From positions 1 to 57,402 of the IMG/VR virus record IMGVR_UViG_3300045744_000033: 57,402 bases of DNA, one strand, 5' to 3'. Both the position numbers and the translations under genes were made by a program. The DNA comes from a virus. Lineage: Duplodnaviria > Caudoviricetes. Below the pieces are notes generated by a model, which saw nothing but the letters and a program-made list of their open reading frames with translations, had not been told where the DNA came from and did not search any database. Of the stretch, positions 46,063 to 55,824 are shown piece by piece; positions within the stretch are counted from its first letter, which is position 1, and every line of letters starts with the position of its first letter.

Positions 46063-46081
46063 TTTCCGGCGGAAAGGCCTG

Positions 46082-47164
46082 ATGCCCGCCACCATCGCCG
46101 ATACCCCCGCTTGGAAGGCCGCCAACTCCGACGTGGCCGCCTACCTGGCCACGCTCGCGGATGGCCGCAGCGCGCTCTCGCAGCTGAAGGCGGTCCTGCT
46201 CAGCGACGGCCCATCGGGACTCTGGCTCCTGGACGACGCGGCGACCGCGATCCAGGCGGCCGACGCCACCGGCGCCCACAGCGCCGCCCCGACCGGCGGG
46301 GTCAACTTTGCCGCCGACGTCGGCCCCGGCTCCGGCCGCACCGTCGCCCACTTCATGGTCGACACGGCGCTGACCGCACAGATCACCAGCGGCCAGCAGG
46401 TCACGGCCCTCCAGGTGAGCCCGCTGCCGTTCGCCATCCCGAGCGGGGCGCTGCTCCGGATCAACTTCGGCGGCTCGCCCTCGCAGAACCCGACCAGCAG
46501 CCAGGCGGTGGCCGCCGGCGCCACCTCGATCCCCGTCCAGAGCTTCACGGCCAACGCCACCTACGCGGTCGGCACCGTCGTGGACTACGCGGGACTGATC
46601 GATACGGGCTTCGTTCCGCCGGCGAACGCCAATCCGTTCTCGGTCGAGGTCTGGTACAACGCCGCCTTCGGCAGCCGCTACCAGTTCCCGCGCCTGGTGT
46701 CGACGGGACCCTTCCAGAATGCCGGCGGCGGCTGGGCGATCGCGCTCAACGCCGCCTCTCCAGATGGCGGTCTCTACACCTCGGGCTCGATGAACCTCTG
46801 GCTCGGGTCCGCCAACACGAAGCAGGTCAACTTCTCGTGGCCGGGCGGCAACGCCGCCATGAACACGGGCTGGCACCAGCTCGTGTCAACGTGGGACGGC
46901 GCCAACCTGAAGCTCTACACGGACGGCGGGAATCCGACCGGCGCCATCGCCGGCCCCGCCGGGTGGACGCAGAGCAATCTGCCGCTGACGATCGGGGCGA
47001 GCATCATCAACGCAACCCCGTCCTTCGGTGAGTTCTGGAACGGCCCCCTGGCGGCGGTGGGCTTCTACCCCTCGCAGCTCAGCGCCGCCCAGATCGCCAA
47101 CCACTACCTCGCCGGCAAGGAGGCGCTCGCCGCCCTCGCCACCATCGGAGACAAGGCGGCATGA
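46082..47164 (+). CDS. LamG/concanavalin A-like domain protein (probable virion decoration)
   Basis: W.LDD, FSVEVW, WHQLVSTWDG, LSAAQIANHY motifs. Confidence 0.8.
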   Translation: MPATIADTPAWKAANSDVAAYLATLADGRSALSQLKAVLLSDGPSGLWLLDDAATAIQAADATGAHSAAPTGGVNFAADVGPGSGRTVAHFMVDTALTAQITSGQQVTALQVSPLPFAIPSGALLRINFGGSPSQNPTSSQAVAAGATSIPVQSFTANATYAVGTVVDYAGLIDTGFVPPANANPFSVEVWYNAAFGSRYQFPRLVSTGPFQNAGGGWAIALNAASPDGGLYTSGSMNLWLGSANTKQVNFSWPGGNAAMNTGWHQLVSTWDGANLKLYTDGGNPTGAIAGPAGWTQSNLPLTIGASIINATPSFGEFWNGPLAAVGFYPSQLSAAQIANHYLAGKEALAALATIGDKAA

Positions 47165-47481
47165 GCTACGGCGGTTCCTACATGGCCGGCCAGGGCGTCC
47201 GCGTCTCGGTCGCCTTCACCGACAGCAACGGCAACGCGGTCGACCCGACCACGGTCACTCTCAAGTTCGCGGCGCCGGACGGCACCTCGGGCCCGAACAA
47301 CGCCGCCTCGCCGTGGACGTACGGCGGTGCCGGCTCGATCGTGAAGGACTCGACCGGCAACTACCACGCCGTGCTCGACACCACCGGCAAGCCGGGCGAG
47401 TGGACCTACGAGTGGATCGGCTCGGGGAGCGTGCTGGCGCCGGCGGCCGCCAACTTCTACGTCGCGCCGCTGCCCCTGTGA
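47161..47481 (+). CDS. Ig-like/beta-sandwich protein
   Basis: VDPTTVTLKF...TGNYHA...GEWTYEW. Confidence 0.65.
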   Translation: MSYGGSYMAGQGVRVSVAFTDSNGNAVDPTTVTLKFAAPDGTSGPNNAASPWTYGGAGSIVKDSTGNYHAVLDTTGKPGEWTYEWIGSGSVLAPAAANFYVAPLPL

Positions 47482-47606
47482 TCCCGCCGCCCTTCCCGCC
47501 CGGCCTGCACCCCGCCTGGCAGGTGGTCAATGCCTTCCTCGTCACGCTCGCAGCCCTGCTCGCGACCGGCGACCTGGCGATGCTGCTGACCGGTGGCCAG
47601 GCGTGA
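47478..47606 (+). CDS. Small membrane protein
   Basis: GTGA overlaps; hydrophobic. Confidence 0.5.
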   Translation: MIPPPFPPGLHPAWQVVNAFLVTLAALLATGDLAMLLTGGQA

Positions 47607-47884
47607 GCGCCCGGGCATGGCCGGCCGAGGTCAACGAGCTGCTCGACCTCGGCCTGCTGTCGCCGGCGCCGGCCCAGGTCGACCGGATGGCGGTCGAGCA
47701 CCGTGTCTTCAGGGCCTTCGAGCGCGATCCGCAGCTCGATGCGCTGCTCTTCGGGATCTGCGCACTGAACGCGCCGGCCTCGATCGCCCGCGCTGTCTGC
47801 CAGCGCGAGGGCTGCGACTACAACACGGTCGGCTTCTGCCGGCGCTGCGGCCTGACGCCTGAACCGGAGGTCCCACTGGATTGA
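47603..47884 (+). CDS. Hypothetical Zn-ribbon protein
   Basis: C...C...CRRC. Confidence 0.55.
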   Translation: MSARAWPAEVNELLDLGLLSPAPAQVDRMAVEHRVFRAFERDPQLDALLFGICALNAPASIARAVCQREGCDYNTVGFCRRCGLTPEPEVPLD

Positions 47885-48282
47885 GCATCGTCCTCAGCTG
47901 CCGCCGGTGCGGCGGCGACTGCGACAGCGGCAGCAGCCGCGACGCGGTGTGCTTCGTCTGCATAGGCCGCGACCTCATAGCGAACGAGTTGGCCGGCCTC
48001 CGCAAGCAACTCCTGCACCGCGAGCGATACGCGCGAAAGGGACTGCTCGTTCACCACAACGACAGCGGCATCGTCCGCCTGACAGACCGCGCTCGCCGAA
48101 GGCTCTGGACGGCGATGCGTCCGGACCACGCCGAGCACGTCCTCCAGCTGCTGAGCCGCGAGCTCGGCGAACAGCTCCAGAAGGAGCTGGCTGGCGCGAA
48201 GCGCATCCGACTGCCAAAGCCAGGCGAGGTCGACCTGATCCAGCGACACCAGGTGGGGGAACTCCTCGGCACCCATGTGTGA
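47881..48282 (+). CDS. Hypothetical protein
   Basis: CRRC...CFVC; TTGA overlap. Confidence 0.55.
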   Translation: MSIVLSCRRCGGDCDSGSSRDAVCFVCIGRDLIANELAGLRKQLLHRERYARKGLLVHHNDSGIVRLTDRARRRLWTAMRPDHAEHVLQLLSRELGEQLQKELAGAKRIRLPKPGEVDLIQRHQVGELLGTHV

Positions 48283-48613
48283 CCAGGATCTCGACGACGT
48301 CGAGCGTCAGGACCGCCTGATGCCGGAGCGCCTGCACGAGACGGCGGGCTGGATCCCGGGCGACTGCCTCCGAAATCCGCTGATCGCCGGCGGCGGAGAC
48401 CCGCTTGCTGCCCTGAACCAGGTCCACCACTTCGGCGACCCAGGAAGCCGCATCTACGGCCAGGAGACAGCCTGCGTCTGCGGCGACCTCGACTGCGTCG
48501 AGTGGGTCGAGCCGGCGCCGGAGGGGTTCGTCGTCGAGCGTGACGCCGACGGCCACCCCTACTACCGGCAGCGCGACCTCGGCGACGAGTGCGGAGAGGC
48601 CTGCTGCCGGTGA
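48275..48613 (+). CDS. Hypothetical protein
   Basis: Operon position. Confidence 0.55.
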   Translation: MCDQDLDDVERQDRLMPERLHETAGWIPGDCLRNPLIAGGGDPLAALNQVHHFGDPGSRIYGQETACVCGDLDCVEWVEPAPEGFVVERDADGHPYYRQRDLGDECGEACCR

Positions 48614-48665
48614 GCCCGCGACGCTGGTTCGCGACCGCCGCGGTGGTCGCCCTGGCGGTGACTGG

Positions 48666-50042
48666 ATGCCCGCTCCAGTACCTGGTGCGGCCGTGACGGC
48701 CATCGCCGCCGTCGTGCGCCTCGACAAGCTGCTCGCCGAGCGCGCTGACGAGGAGATCGTCGTCGACCAGGATCGCCCGCTACTGGCGCTCTACAACGGG
48801 CGCCAGGTCGAGGTCGTCGCCGTGCTCGAGCGGACCGCCGTCATCCGGCCGGATGCTGCCCACCGCTACGACCGCGTCACCGTGAAGCACGATCTGCTCG
48901 AGGTCGACCCGCACCTGGCGACCTGGCGCCAGCGGCCGGGCAACGTCTGGCGGAACCATGCCCGCGTCGGCCGCGAGCAGGCGGTGCGCGGCAAGGCCAT
49001 CACAGTCCACATGCCGGACCGAGTCCAGCAGGTCGACAAGGCGCCGATCACCACCTGCAGCTGTGACCCGATCTCCAGCCCGGCCAACTGTGCGCGCCTG
49101 GCACCGCTGGGCCTCGTCCCGCATCCGGGCGGCGGCCGCACTGCCGGCACCGACCGCTACGTGCACTGCAGGCGCTGGCTCCAGGAGCACGAGGAGGCCA
49201 AGCTCGCGCAGCCGGAGCCCGAAGAGGACGACGACGACGCGGGGCTCGAAGAGATCGCCGAGCTCGAGTCAGATCAGCCCGCTGGGCCTGCCGAGCCGAT
49301 AGCGCATCCCGGGCCCCGCGTCGCGGAGGTCGAGCGGGTGGGTCCAACGTCCCTGCCGGCGGCCCGGCCGAAGCCGGTGGACAGCCGCCAGCCGGACGCC
49401 CGAAGCGAAAGCCAGGGGCCGCCCGCTCCCTCCTCGGCTCGCTGCACGAAGTGCGGACTGACCGGGAAGCTCGATGACGATGGCGTCTGCCATCGGCACG
49501 GCAAGCCGCGCCAGTTCACCGAAGAGCAGCGCGCCGCCTCCGCGGAGCGGATCCGAAAGGTGACCGCCGAGCGGCACCCAGCTCCGGTCCGGCGCCGGCC
49601 GCGCCAGCCCACGGTCCGGTGCAAGGTCTGCGGCCAGCCGACCCACCGCGTCGACGTCGGCGCCTGCAAGAAGTGCGAACCGCTCCTCGAGGAGTCGAAG
49701 GCCGGCCTGGATCCGGCGCCGGCGGCGGACGTCGCAGCTCACGCTCCCGCTACTCCACCGTCGCCGACGTCGGACCTAGCCGAGACCGAAGCCGCAGGCG
49801 CGTCCGCCACGACGACCATCCGGACCGTGGTCGAGGTCCCGGACATCCTCGGGCCGCTCATGGCAACGCCCGAGCCTGCCGAGCAGCACCTCGGCCTGAT
49901 CGCCCGCTACATCGAGCGCGTCCAGGACCTCGAGCGCGAGAACGTCGAGCTCCGCCGGCAGCTCGCCGAGGAGCAGGGGCGCCGGGCGAGGCTCGAGGCG
50001 ACCATCGAGGGGATCGCCGAACGGATCCGGAGGCAGGGATGA
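48666..50042 (+). CDS. Large hypothetical protein with Zn motifs and a C-terminal coiled coil (start uncertain)
   Basis: Long ORF with phage codon bias; ATGA overlap with terS. Confidence 0.65.
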   Translation: MPAPVPGAAVTAIAAVVRLDKLLAERADEEIVVDQDRPLLALYNGRQVEVVAVLERTAVIRPDAAHRYDRVTVKHDLLEVDPHLATWRQRPGNVWRNHARVGREQAVRGKAITVHMPDRVQQVDKAPITTCSCDPISSPANCARLAPLGLVPHPGGGRTAGTDRYVHCRRWLQEHEEAKLAQPEPEEDDDDAGLEEIAELESDQPAGPAEPIAHPGPRVAEVERVGPTSLPAARPKPVDSRQPDARSESQGPPAPSSARCTKCGLTGKLDDDGVCHRHGKPRQFTEEQRAASAERIRKVTAERHPAPVRRRPRQPTVRCKVCGQPTHRVDVGACKKCEPLLEESKAGLDPAPAADVAAHAPATPPSPTSDLAETEAAGASATTTIRTVVEVPDILGPLMATPEPAEQHLGLIARYIERVQDLERENVELRRQLAEEQGRRARLEATIEGIAERIRRQG

Positions 50043-50539
50043 CCAAGACGGTACGACCAGGTGCACGCCGACACGGACGTAAGGGCACCGACCAGGACCT
50101 CCAGCAGCAGGAGAAGCTCGCTCACCAGCAGCTCGTGCTCGAAGCGCTCGCCGAATTCCCGGACGTCAAGAAGGCGTGCGAGGCGGCGGGAATCAACCGA
50201 TCCCGGCACTACCAGTGGCTGAAGGAGGACGAGGCGTACCGGGAGCGCTACGCCGACGCCATCCGGCAGGGTCTCGATGCGCTAAAGGAGGTCGCGCTCA
50301 ACCTGGCGACCGGCGCCTACACCCGGCCCGTCGTTTCGGCCGGCGAGCTCGTCTGCTACGAGCAGATCTACTCCGAGCGGATGCTCGAGTTCCTCCTCAA
50401 GTCGCACGAGCCGGAGACCTACAAGGAGCGCACCGCCCATGAGGTCACCGGAAAGGACGGCGGCCCGCTCGAGGTCGTCTTTGAACTCGACCTCGCCGAC
50501 GCCGGCGATGACCAGGGCGACGAAGCAGCCGCCTCGTAG
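50039..50539 (+). CDS. Terminase small subunit
   Basis: VKKACEAAGINRSRHYQW HTH; YSERMLEFLLK; EVTGKDGGPL. Confidence 0.85.
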   Translation: MTKTVRPGARRHGRKGTDQDLQQQEKLAHQQLVLEALAEFPDVKKACEAAGINRSRHYQWLKEDEAYRERYADAIRQGLDALKEVALNLATGAYTRPVVSAGELVCYEQIYSERMLEFLLKSHEPETYKERTAHEVTGKDGGPLEVVFELDLADAGDDQGDEAAAS

Positions 50540-51881
50540 GGTCATCCGCTACCGGCGGCCGCCGGTCTACGCCAAGCAGCGCGACTTCCTCGACTGCGTC
50601 GAGCGCTACGTCATCGTCGAAGCCTCGACGAAGACGGGCAAGACGGTGGCCATGCTCATCTGGCTGCTTGAACAGGCGATGCAGGGCCGCTCTGGGTGGA
50701 ACTACTGGTGGGTCGCCCCGGTCTACCCACAGGCCAAGATCGCCTACCGGCGCCTGCGGAGATGGCTTCGGCAGCGGTCCATCGCGACCGGCGTCGAGCT
50801 CGCGAGATCGAACGAGACGGAGCTCACGATCACGCTCGCCAACGGGACGGTCATCTGGTTCAAGACGGCCGAGAAGCCCGACAACCTCTACGGCGAGGAC
50901 GTCCACGCGGCGGTGATTGACGAGGCGACCCGCTGCCGCGAGGAATCCTGGATCGCCATCCGGTCCACCCTGACGGCGACCGGCGGCCGGATCCGGATCA
51001 TCGGCAACGTCAAGGGCTCGAAGAACTGGGCCTTTCGGCTGGCCAGACGCGCAGAGGGCGGCGAGCCCAACATGCGGCACTTCCGGCTGACGGCCTACGA
51101 CGCCGCCGCCGGGTTGGCGGACCTCAAACACGCCGGCCGGATCCCGGCCACCACCAAGGTAATCACCCTCGAGGACATCGAGGACGCGAAGCGGCAGCTT
51201 CCCGAGGCCGCGTTCCAGGAGCTGTTCCTCGCCGTCCCCTCGGACGATGGCTCCAACCCGTTCGGCCTCGAGCACATCCGCACGTGCATCCGGATGCACC
51301 AGGACCTCTTCGGAGACGCGCTCTCGCCAGCGCCCGCCGTTCACTTCGGCTGGGACCTCGCGAAGAAGCAGGACTGGACGGTTGGCACCGGCCTTGACAG
51401 GGAGGGCCACGTCGCCGCCTGGGAGCGCTTCCAGGCCAGCTGGGATTCGACCATCGCCCGCGTCAAGGAGACGACCGGGAAACGACCGGCGATCGTCGAT
51501 GCGACTGGCGTCGGCGACCCGATCGTCGAGCTCCTCCAGAAGGAAGGCGGGCAGAACTTCGAGGGCTACGTCTTCTCGCCGCAGTCCAAGCAGCGGCTGA
51601 TGGAGGGACTGTCGGTCGCGATCCAGCGCCACGAGGTCACCTTCCCGGACGGCGTCATCCGCAATGAGCTCGAGGTCTTCGAGTTCGAGTACACCCGGAC
51701 CGGCGTCCGCTACTCGGCTCCCGAGGGCCAGCACGACGACGCCGTGATGAGCCTGGCGCTCGCCGTTGCGGCGCGAAACAAGCCCGGTCAGGGGCAGGCC
51801 TTCATCGACGCCTGGTCTCGGATGGCGGAAAAGGGCCGCGAAGCCATCCGGCCCGAGCTGCCCGCCGCCCGGATTGCGTGA
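50508..51881 (+). CDS. Terminase large subunit
   Basis: ASTKTGKT, WWVAPVY, VIDEA, GWDLAK..D, DATGVG, HDDAVMSLAL. Confidence 0.92.
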   Translation: MTRATKQPPRRVIRYRRPPVYAKQRDFLDCVERYVIVEASTKTGKTVAMLIWLLEQAMQGRSGWNYWWVAPVYPQAKIAYRRLRRWLRQRSIATGVELARSNETELTITLANGTVIWFKTAEKPDNLYGEDVHAAVIDEATRCREESWIAIRSTLTATGGRIRIIGNVKGSKNWAFRLARRAEGGEPNMRHFRLTAYDAAAGLADLKHAGRIPATTKVITLEDIEDAKRQLPEAAFQELFLAVPSDDGSNPFGLEHIRTCIRMHQDLFGDALSPAPAVHFGWDLAKKQDWTVGTGLDREGHVAAWERFQASWDSTIARVKETTGKRPAIVDATGVGDPIVELLQKEGGQNFEGYVFSPQSKQRLMEGLSVAIQRHEVTFPDGVIRNELEVFEFEYTRTGVRYSAPEGQHDDAVMSLALAVAARNKPGQGQAFIDAWSRMAEKGREAIRPELPAARIA

Positions 51882-51896
51882 CAGAGGAGGACGCCG

Positions 51897-54800
51897 TTGC
51901 CGCACCCGTCCTTCGCCGAGCTTCAGCGACGCGAGCGAGAGCAGCTTCGGCTCCTCAACCAGCGCCGCGCGCGCTGGGAGGAGATGTCGAAGGCGGCAGC
52001 GGGGCAGGAGGTCGCTGCCGTAGCCGCGGTTGGGCCGGCGATCGGGTCCATGATGGGCGGTCAGGCGCCGACCCCCGAGCAGCAGCGCGCGATGCAGCTG
52101 CAGGGGATGGAGACGGGTGGCGCTTTTGCGCCCGGCAGGCCTCTCGACCAGTTCTTTCCCCGCGGCACGCCGCCTCGTCAGTGGGACTACCCCACCGGGC
52201 ATAACACCGCCGCACGGCCGCGCGCGAACACCGGTCGACCCAGCTTCACGACGCTCCAGGGCATCCTTCAGGCCTGGGACGTCGCGCGGCTGTGCATCGA
52301 GCACATCGAGGACGACCTTCGCTCCCTCGACTGGTCGATTGCCCCGGATGAAGGCGTCGAGGAAGACGTCAGCGACCAGGTCAAGGCAGCCCGGAAGTTC
52401 TTCGACAAGCCCGACGGCCTGACGCCGTTCGACTCCTGGCAGCAGGAGCTGCTCGAGGATCTCCTGCGCTTCGATGCGCCGGCTGTCTTCAGGCGCCGGA
52501 CGCGGAACGGCAAGGTGGGTGCGCTCGAGGTCGTCTCCGGCGTCACCATCGCGCCGCTCCTGGACTACTACGGCCGGACTCCGACGCCGCCCGCTCCTGC
52601 GTATGTCCAGTACACGAACGGCGTCCCCGCGGTGTGGCTGACGAGCGACGACCTGATCTATCGACCGTTCCGGACGCTCCCCGAGTCGCCCTACGGCCTG
52701 CCGCCGATCGAGTGGCTGCTGCTCACCGCCAACACCGATATCCGCTTCCAGTGGCACTTCCTCATGTACTTCACCGAGGGGACCGTTCCGGAGGCGTTCA
52801 TGGAGGCGCCCCCGGACGCGAGCGATCCCGAGCAGCTCGAGGCCTTCCAGAACATCTATGACGCCGCCATGGAGGGTGACCAGGCGCAGAAGCACCGGGT
52901 GCGCTGGATCCCGCACGGCTCGAACCCGCACATCCTCGAGCACAAGAACTTCGACGCCAGCTTTCCGCTCTACCTGATGCGCAAGACGTGCGCGGCGTTC
53001 AAGGTGGTTCCGGCCGACATCGGCATCACCGACACCGTCAACAAGGCGTCCTCCGAGACACAGATGGACGTCCAGTTCCGGACCGGGACGATGCCGCGCG
53101 TCCGCTACCTCCAGGGTCTCTACACGAGGATCCTCCAGGACGACCTCGGGCTGAAGGGCGTCCAGTTCAAATTCGACACCGGGCGCGAGAAGGAGGATCG
53201 CCTCGACGAGGCGCGCGCACACCAGGTCTACGTTTCGATCGGCGCCGAGTCCCCGGACGAGGTCCGCAAGAACGTGCTCGGCCTCGAGGTCGACACCGAG
53301 AACCCCGTCCCGCGCTTCGTGCTCAGCCAGCGTCTGGGCGCGATCCCGCTCAAGAGCATCGTCGAAATCTCAGGCGACATCAATCCCGGCACGGCGGCCC
53401 CAGAAGACGTCGATCTCCTCGACGTCCCCGGCTACATTGCTCCGGCGGGTGTCGTCCCCGCGCCTGGGGACTCTCGCGACGTCCGTGCGAAGCAGGCGGC
53501 TCCGCAGGCGGCGACGCCGGTCTCCGCGGCGGATGTGGCCGGGCGCGACGATGACGAGGAAGCGGCCCAGCCCACCGTCGACAGCGGCGAGCCGAGTGAT
53601 CGCGAGCTCCGAAAGGAGCTGCAGCGCTGGCGCGACAACGCCCGGAAGCGCGTACGCGCCGGCCGCCGGCCGAGGATGTTCGAGAGCGACCTCCTGCCGG
53701 ACCCAGTCGCAGACATTGTTTGGTCGAAACTCGAGAAGGCGACGTCAGCCGCGGAGGTCGATGACGCGTTCCGCCTCCCTTTCGGGAGTGACCGCCATCG
53801 CCTGATCGCGGCCGGACTCGCTGTCAAGGCCGACGACACCGGCCGCGTCCTGCTCCTGCAGCGGTCGACCGCCGACCCCGACGATCCCGCGGCTGGGATG
53901 TGGGAGTTCCCGGGTGGCCAAATCGAGGACGGCGAGCAGCCCGTCGCGGCCGCGAAGCGCGAATGGGAGGAGGAGACCGGCGCCGAATTGCTGCCGGGCG
54001 AGGTCGTCGCCAGCTGGGTGAGCCCGAACGGGATCTACCAGGGCTTCGTCTACGTGATCGCGCACGAGGCCGACCTGGTCATCAACCTCGACCACGAGGA
54101 CCGCGAGGTCCTGAATCCGGACGACCCGGATGGCGACCAGATCGAGGTCATCGCCTGGTGGGATCCGACCCACCTGCCCGACATGCCGGCGCTGCGCCGC
54201 GAGGCGAAGGCGACCGACTGGGCGGCGATCGCCGCCGCGCGGCTGCCCGAGGCGCGCCTCGCGAAGGCGCTCGAGCACCACCACGACGAGCGCCTGGCGC
54301 CGACCGAGGACCACTTCGCCGACGCACTCCTCGACCCGCTGAAGCTCGGGCTCAGTGGCCGGGCGATCGCCCGTGGCTGGGCCGCTAGGTCGCACGACGA
54401 GCCGCACCGGATGGCCAAGGCAGTCGCGCAGCCGGATCCGGAGCTCGAGCAGGAGGCGCAGGCCTACGTCAACGGCCTCACGGTCGACCCGAGCGCGCTC
54501 CACAAGCTGATCCAGCTGCTCTACCGGAACGGCTACCTGGCGGGCGTGATGGTCAACGCCAAGGAACTGGCCAAGCTCGGCATCCAGGTGACCGGCACCC
54601 TCGGCGCCGCCGTCCAGGGCATCAGCGACTGGGGCGCCTTCTGGGCAGCCTGGCAGCCCGGAAACGACGCCGCGGCCGACCAGCTGGCCGCGATCGGCGG
54701 CGGCGAGGGCCTGGCCAAGCTCCTCGAGCAGGCTCGCGTTACGATCCGCGGAATCCAGAACGAGACGCTGTCTCGGCTCGCCAGGGTGCTCGCCGCCGGC

Positions 54801-55097
54801 GCGCGGCGCGGCGCCTCGGTCGACGAGATGGCGGACGACCTGGACGTGGTCCTCGAGGACCGAGCCCGCGCCCGGACCATCGCCACCACCGAGCTCGCAC
54901 GCTCCGTGTCGGCGGCCACCCGCGATGTGTACCGCCAGAACGCCGTCGAGCGATGGGACTGGATGCCGGCGCCGGACGCCTGCGCCACCTGTGAGGCGAT
55001 CGCCGCCGGCGGTCCGTACTCGCTCTTCGACGACATGCCCCCCGCGCACCCGAATTGTCGCTGCACCGCCTCACCACACCTTCGGGAGGACGACTAG
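51897..55097 (+). CDS. Portal protein fused to a NUDIX domain and a MuF-like minor head domain
   Basis: Portal motifs (YGLPPIE); NUDIX box PGGQIEDGEQPVAAAKREWEEETG; RARTIATTE...C..C...PPAHPNCRC. Confidence 0.88.
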   Translation: MPHPSFAELQRREREQLRLLNQRRARWEEMSKAAAGQEVAAVAAVGPAIGSMMGGQAPTPEQQRAMQLQGMETGGAFAPGRPLDQFFPRGTPPRQWDYPTGHNTAARPRANTGRPSFTTLQGILQAWDVARLCIEHIEDDLRSLDWSIAPDEGVEEDVSDQVKAARKFFDKPDGLTPFDSWQQELLEDLLRFDAPAVFRRRTRNGKVGALEVVSGVTIAPLLDYYGRTPTPPAPAYVQYTNGVPAVWLTSDDLIYRPFRTLPESPYGLPPIEWLLLTANTDIRFQWHFLMYFTEGTVPEAFMEAPPDASDPEQLEAFQNIYDAAMEGDQAQKHRVRWIPHGSNPHILEHKNFDASFPLYLMRKTCAAFKVVPADIGITDTVNKASSETQMDVQFRTGTMPRVRYLQGLYTRILQDDLGLKGVQFKFDTGREKEDRLDEARAHQVYVSIGAESPDEVRKNVLGLEVDTENPVPRFVLSQRLGAIPLKSIVEISGDINPGTAAPEDVDLLDVPGYIAPAGVVPAPGDSRDVRAKQAAPQAATPVSAADVAGRDDDEEAAQPTVDSGEPSDRELRKELQRWRDNARKRVRAGRRPRMFESDLLPDPVADIVWSKLEKATSAAEVDDAFRLPFGSDRHRLIAAGLAVKADDTGRVLLLQRSTADPDDPAAGMWEFPGGQIEDGEQPVAAAKREWEEETGAELLPGEVVASWVSPNGIYQGFVYVIAHEADLVINLDHEDREVLNPDDPDGDQIEVIAWWDPTHLPDMPALRREAKATDWAAIAAARLPEARLAKALEHHHDERLAPTEDHFADALLDPLKLGLSGRAIARGWAARSHDEPHRMAKAVAQPDPELEQEAQAYVNGLTVDPSALHKLIQLLYRNGYLAGVMVNAKELAKLGIQVTGTLGAAVQGISDWGAFWAAWQPGNDAAADQLAAIGGGEGLAKLLEQARVTIRGIQNETLSRLARVLAAGARRGASVDEMADDLDVVLEDRARARTIATTELARSVSAATRDVYRQNAVERWDWMPAPDACATCEAIAAGGPYSLFDDMPPAHPNCRCTASPHLREDD

Positions 55098-55100
55098 CCG

Positions 55101-55613
55101 ATGAGCCTCGCCACAGTCATCAAGGGACTCCTCGAGCCGATCAGCTTCGACATCAGCTCGCTGGTCAACCTGACCAACGCCGACGGCTCGACCGCGAACG
55201 GCCCGGCGCGTGTCAAGGTCGCCGCCTCCGTCCCGCTGACCGGATCGGTGGCGAAGTCGACTGCCGGCGCGGCTGCTCCCGACCAGACCCTGAAGACCTT
55301 CAGCTCGAGTGGGGGGGTCTCGATCGCCACCGGCGCCACCGTGAACCTCTACACGGTTTCCGCCGGAAAGACCTTCTACATCACCGACATCGTCCTAACG
55401 GGCAACGCCACAACGCCGACCCAGTACCTGGTCCAGATCAAGGCGGGAGCCACCGTCATCTGGGAGGGCTACGTCAAGACGGACACCGAACCGATAGAGG
55501 TCCCGGGACTTGAGACGCAGCCGCAGGGCGCGGGCGGGTCGCAGATCTCGATCGTCTTCGCGACGGCATCCGGGACGACGGCGACCTACTACGTCGCGGG
55601 CTACGAGCAGTAA
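55101..55613 (+). CDS. Hypothetical beta-rich virion protein
   Basis: SD GGAGG; Thr/Gly/Ser-rich. Confidence 0.65.
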   Translation: MSLATVIKGLLEPISFDISSLVNLTNADGSTANGPARVKVAASVPLTGSVAKSTAGAAAPDQTLKTFSSSGGVSIATGATVNLYTVSAGKTFYITDIVLTGNATTPTQYLVQIKAGATVIWEGYVKTDTEPIEVPGLETQPQGAGGSQISIVFATASGTTATYYVAGYEQ

Positions 55614-55630
55614 CCGCGGAGGAGGGTTAG

Positions 55631-55822
55631 ATGCCGAGGAAAATCCGGGTTCCCGAGGGCACCGGCGGCCAGCTCCACGTGCACGACGGACGCGCCAACG
55701 CCGACATCAAGCTCGCCGTCCCCAAGAGCGGCGTCGTGGAAAGCGACGAGCTGGCCGCGATCATCGAGCGTGACCGCGAGGAGCACCGCGGCGGCTGGGA
55801 CGGCTACGAGCTGCTCGACTAG
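55631..55822 (+). CDS. Hypothetical protein
   Basis: SD GGAGG. Confidence 0.6.
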   Translation: MPRKIRVPEGTGGQLHVHDGRANADIKLAVPKSGVVESDELAAIIERDREEHRGGWDGYELLD

Positions 55823-55824
55823 CG

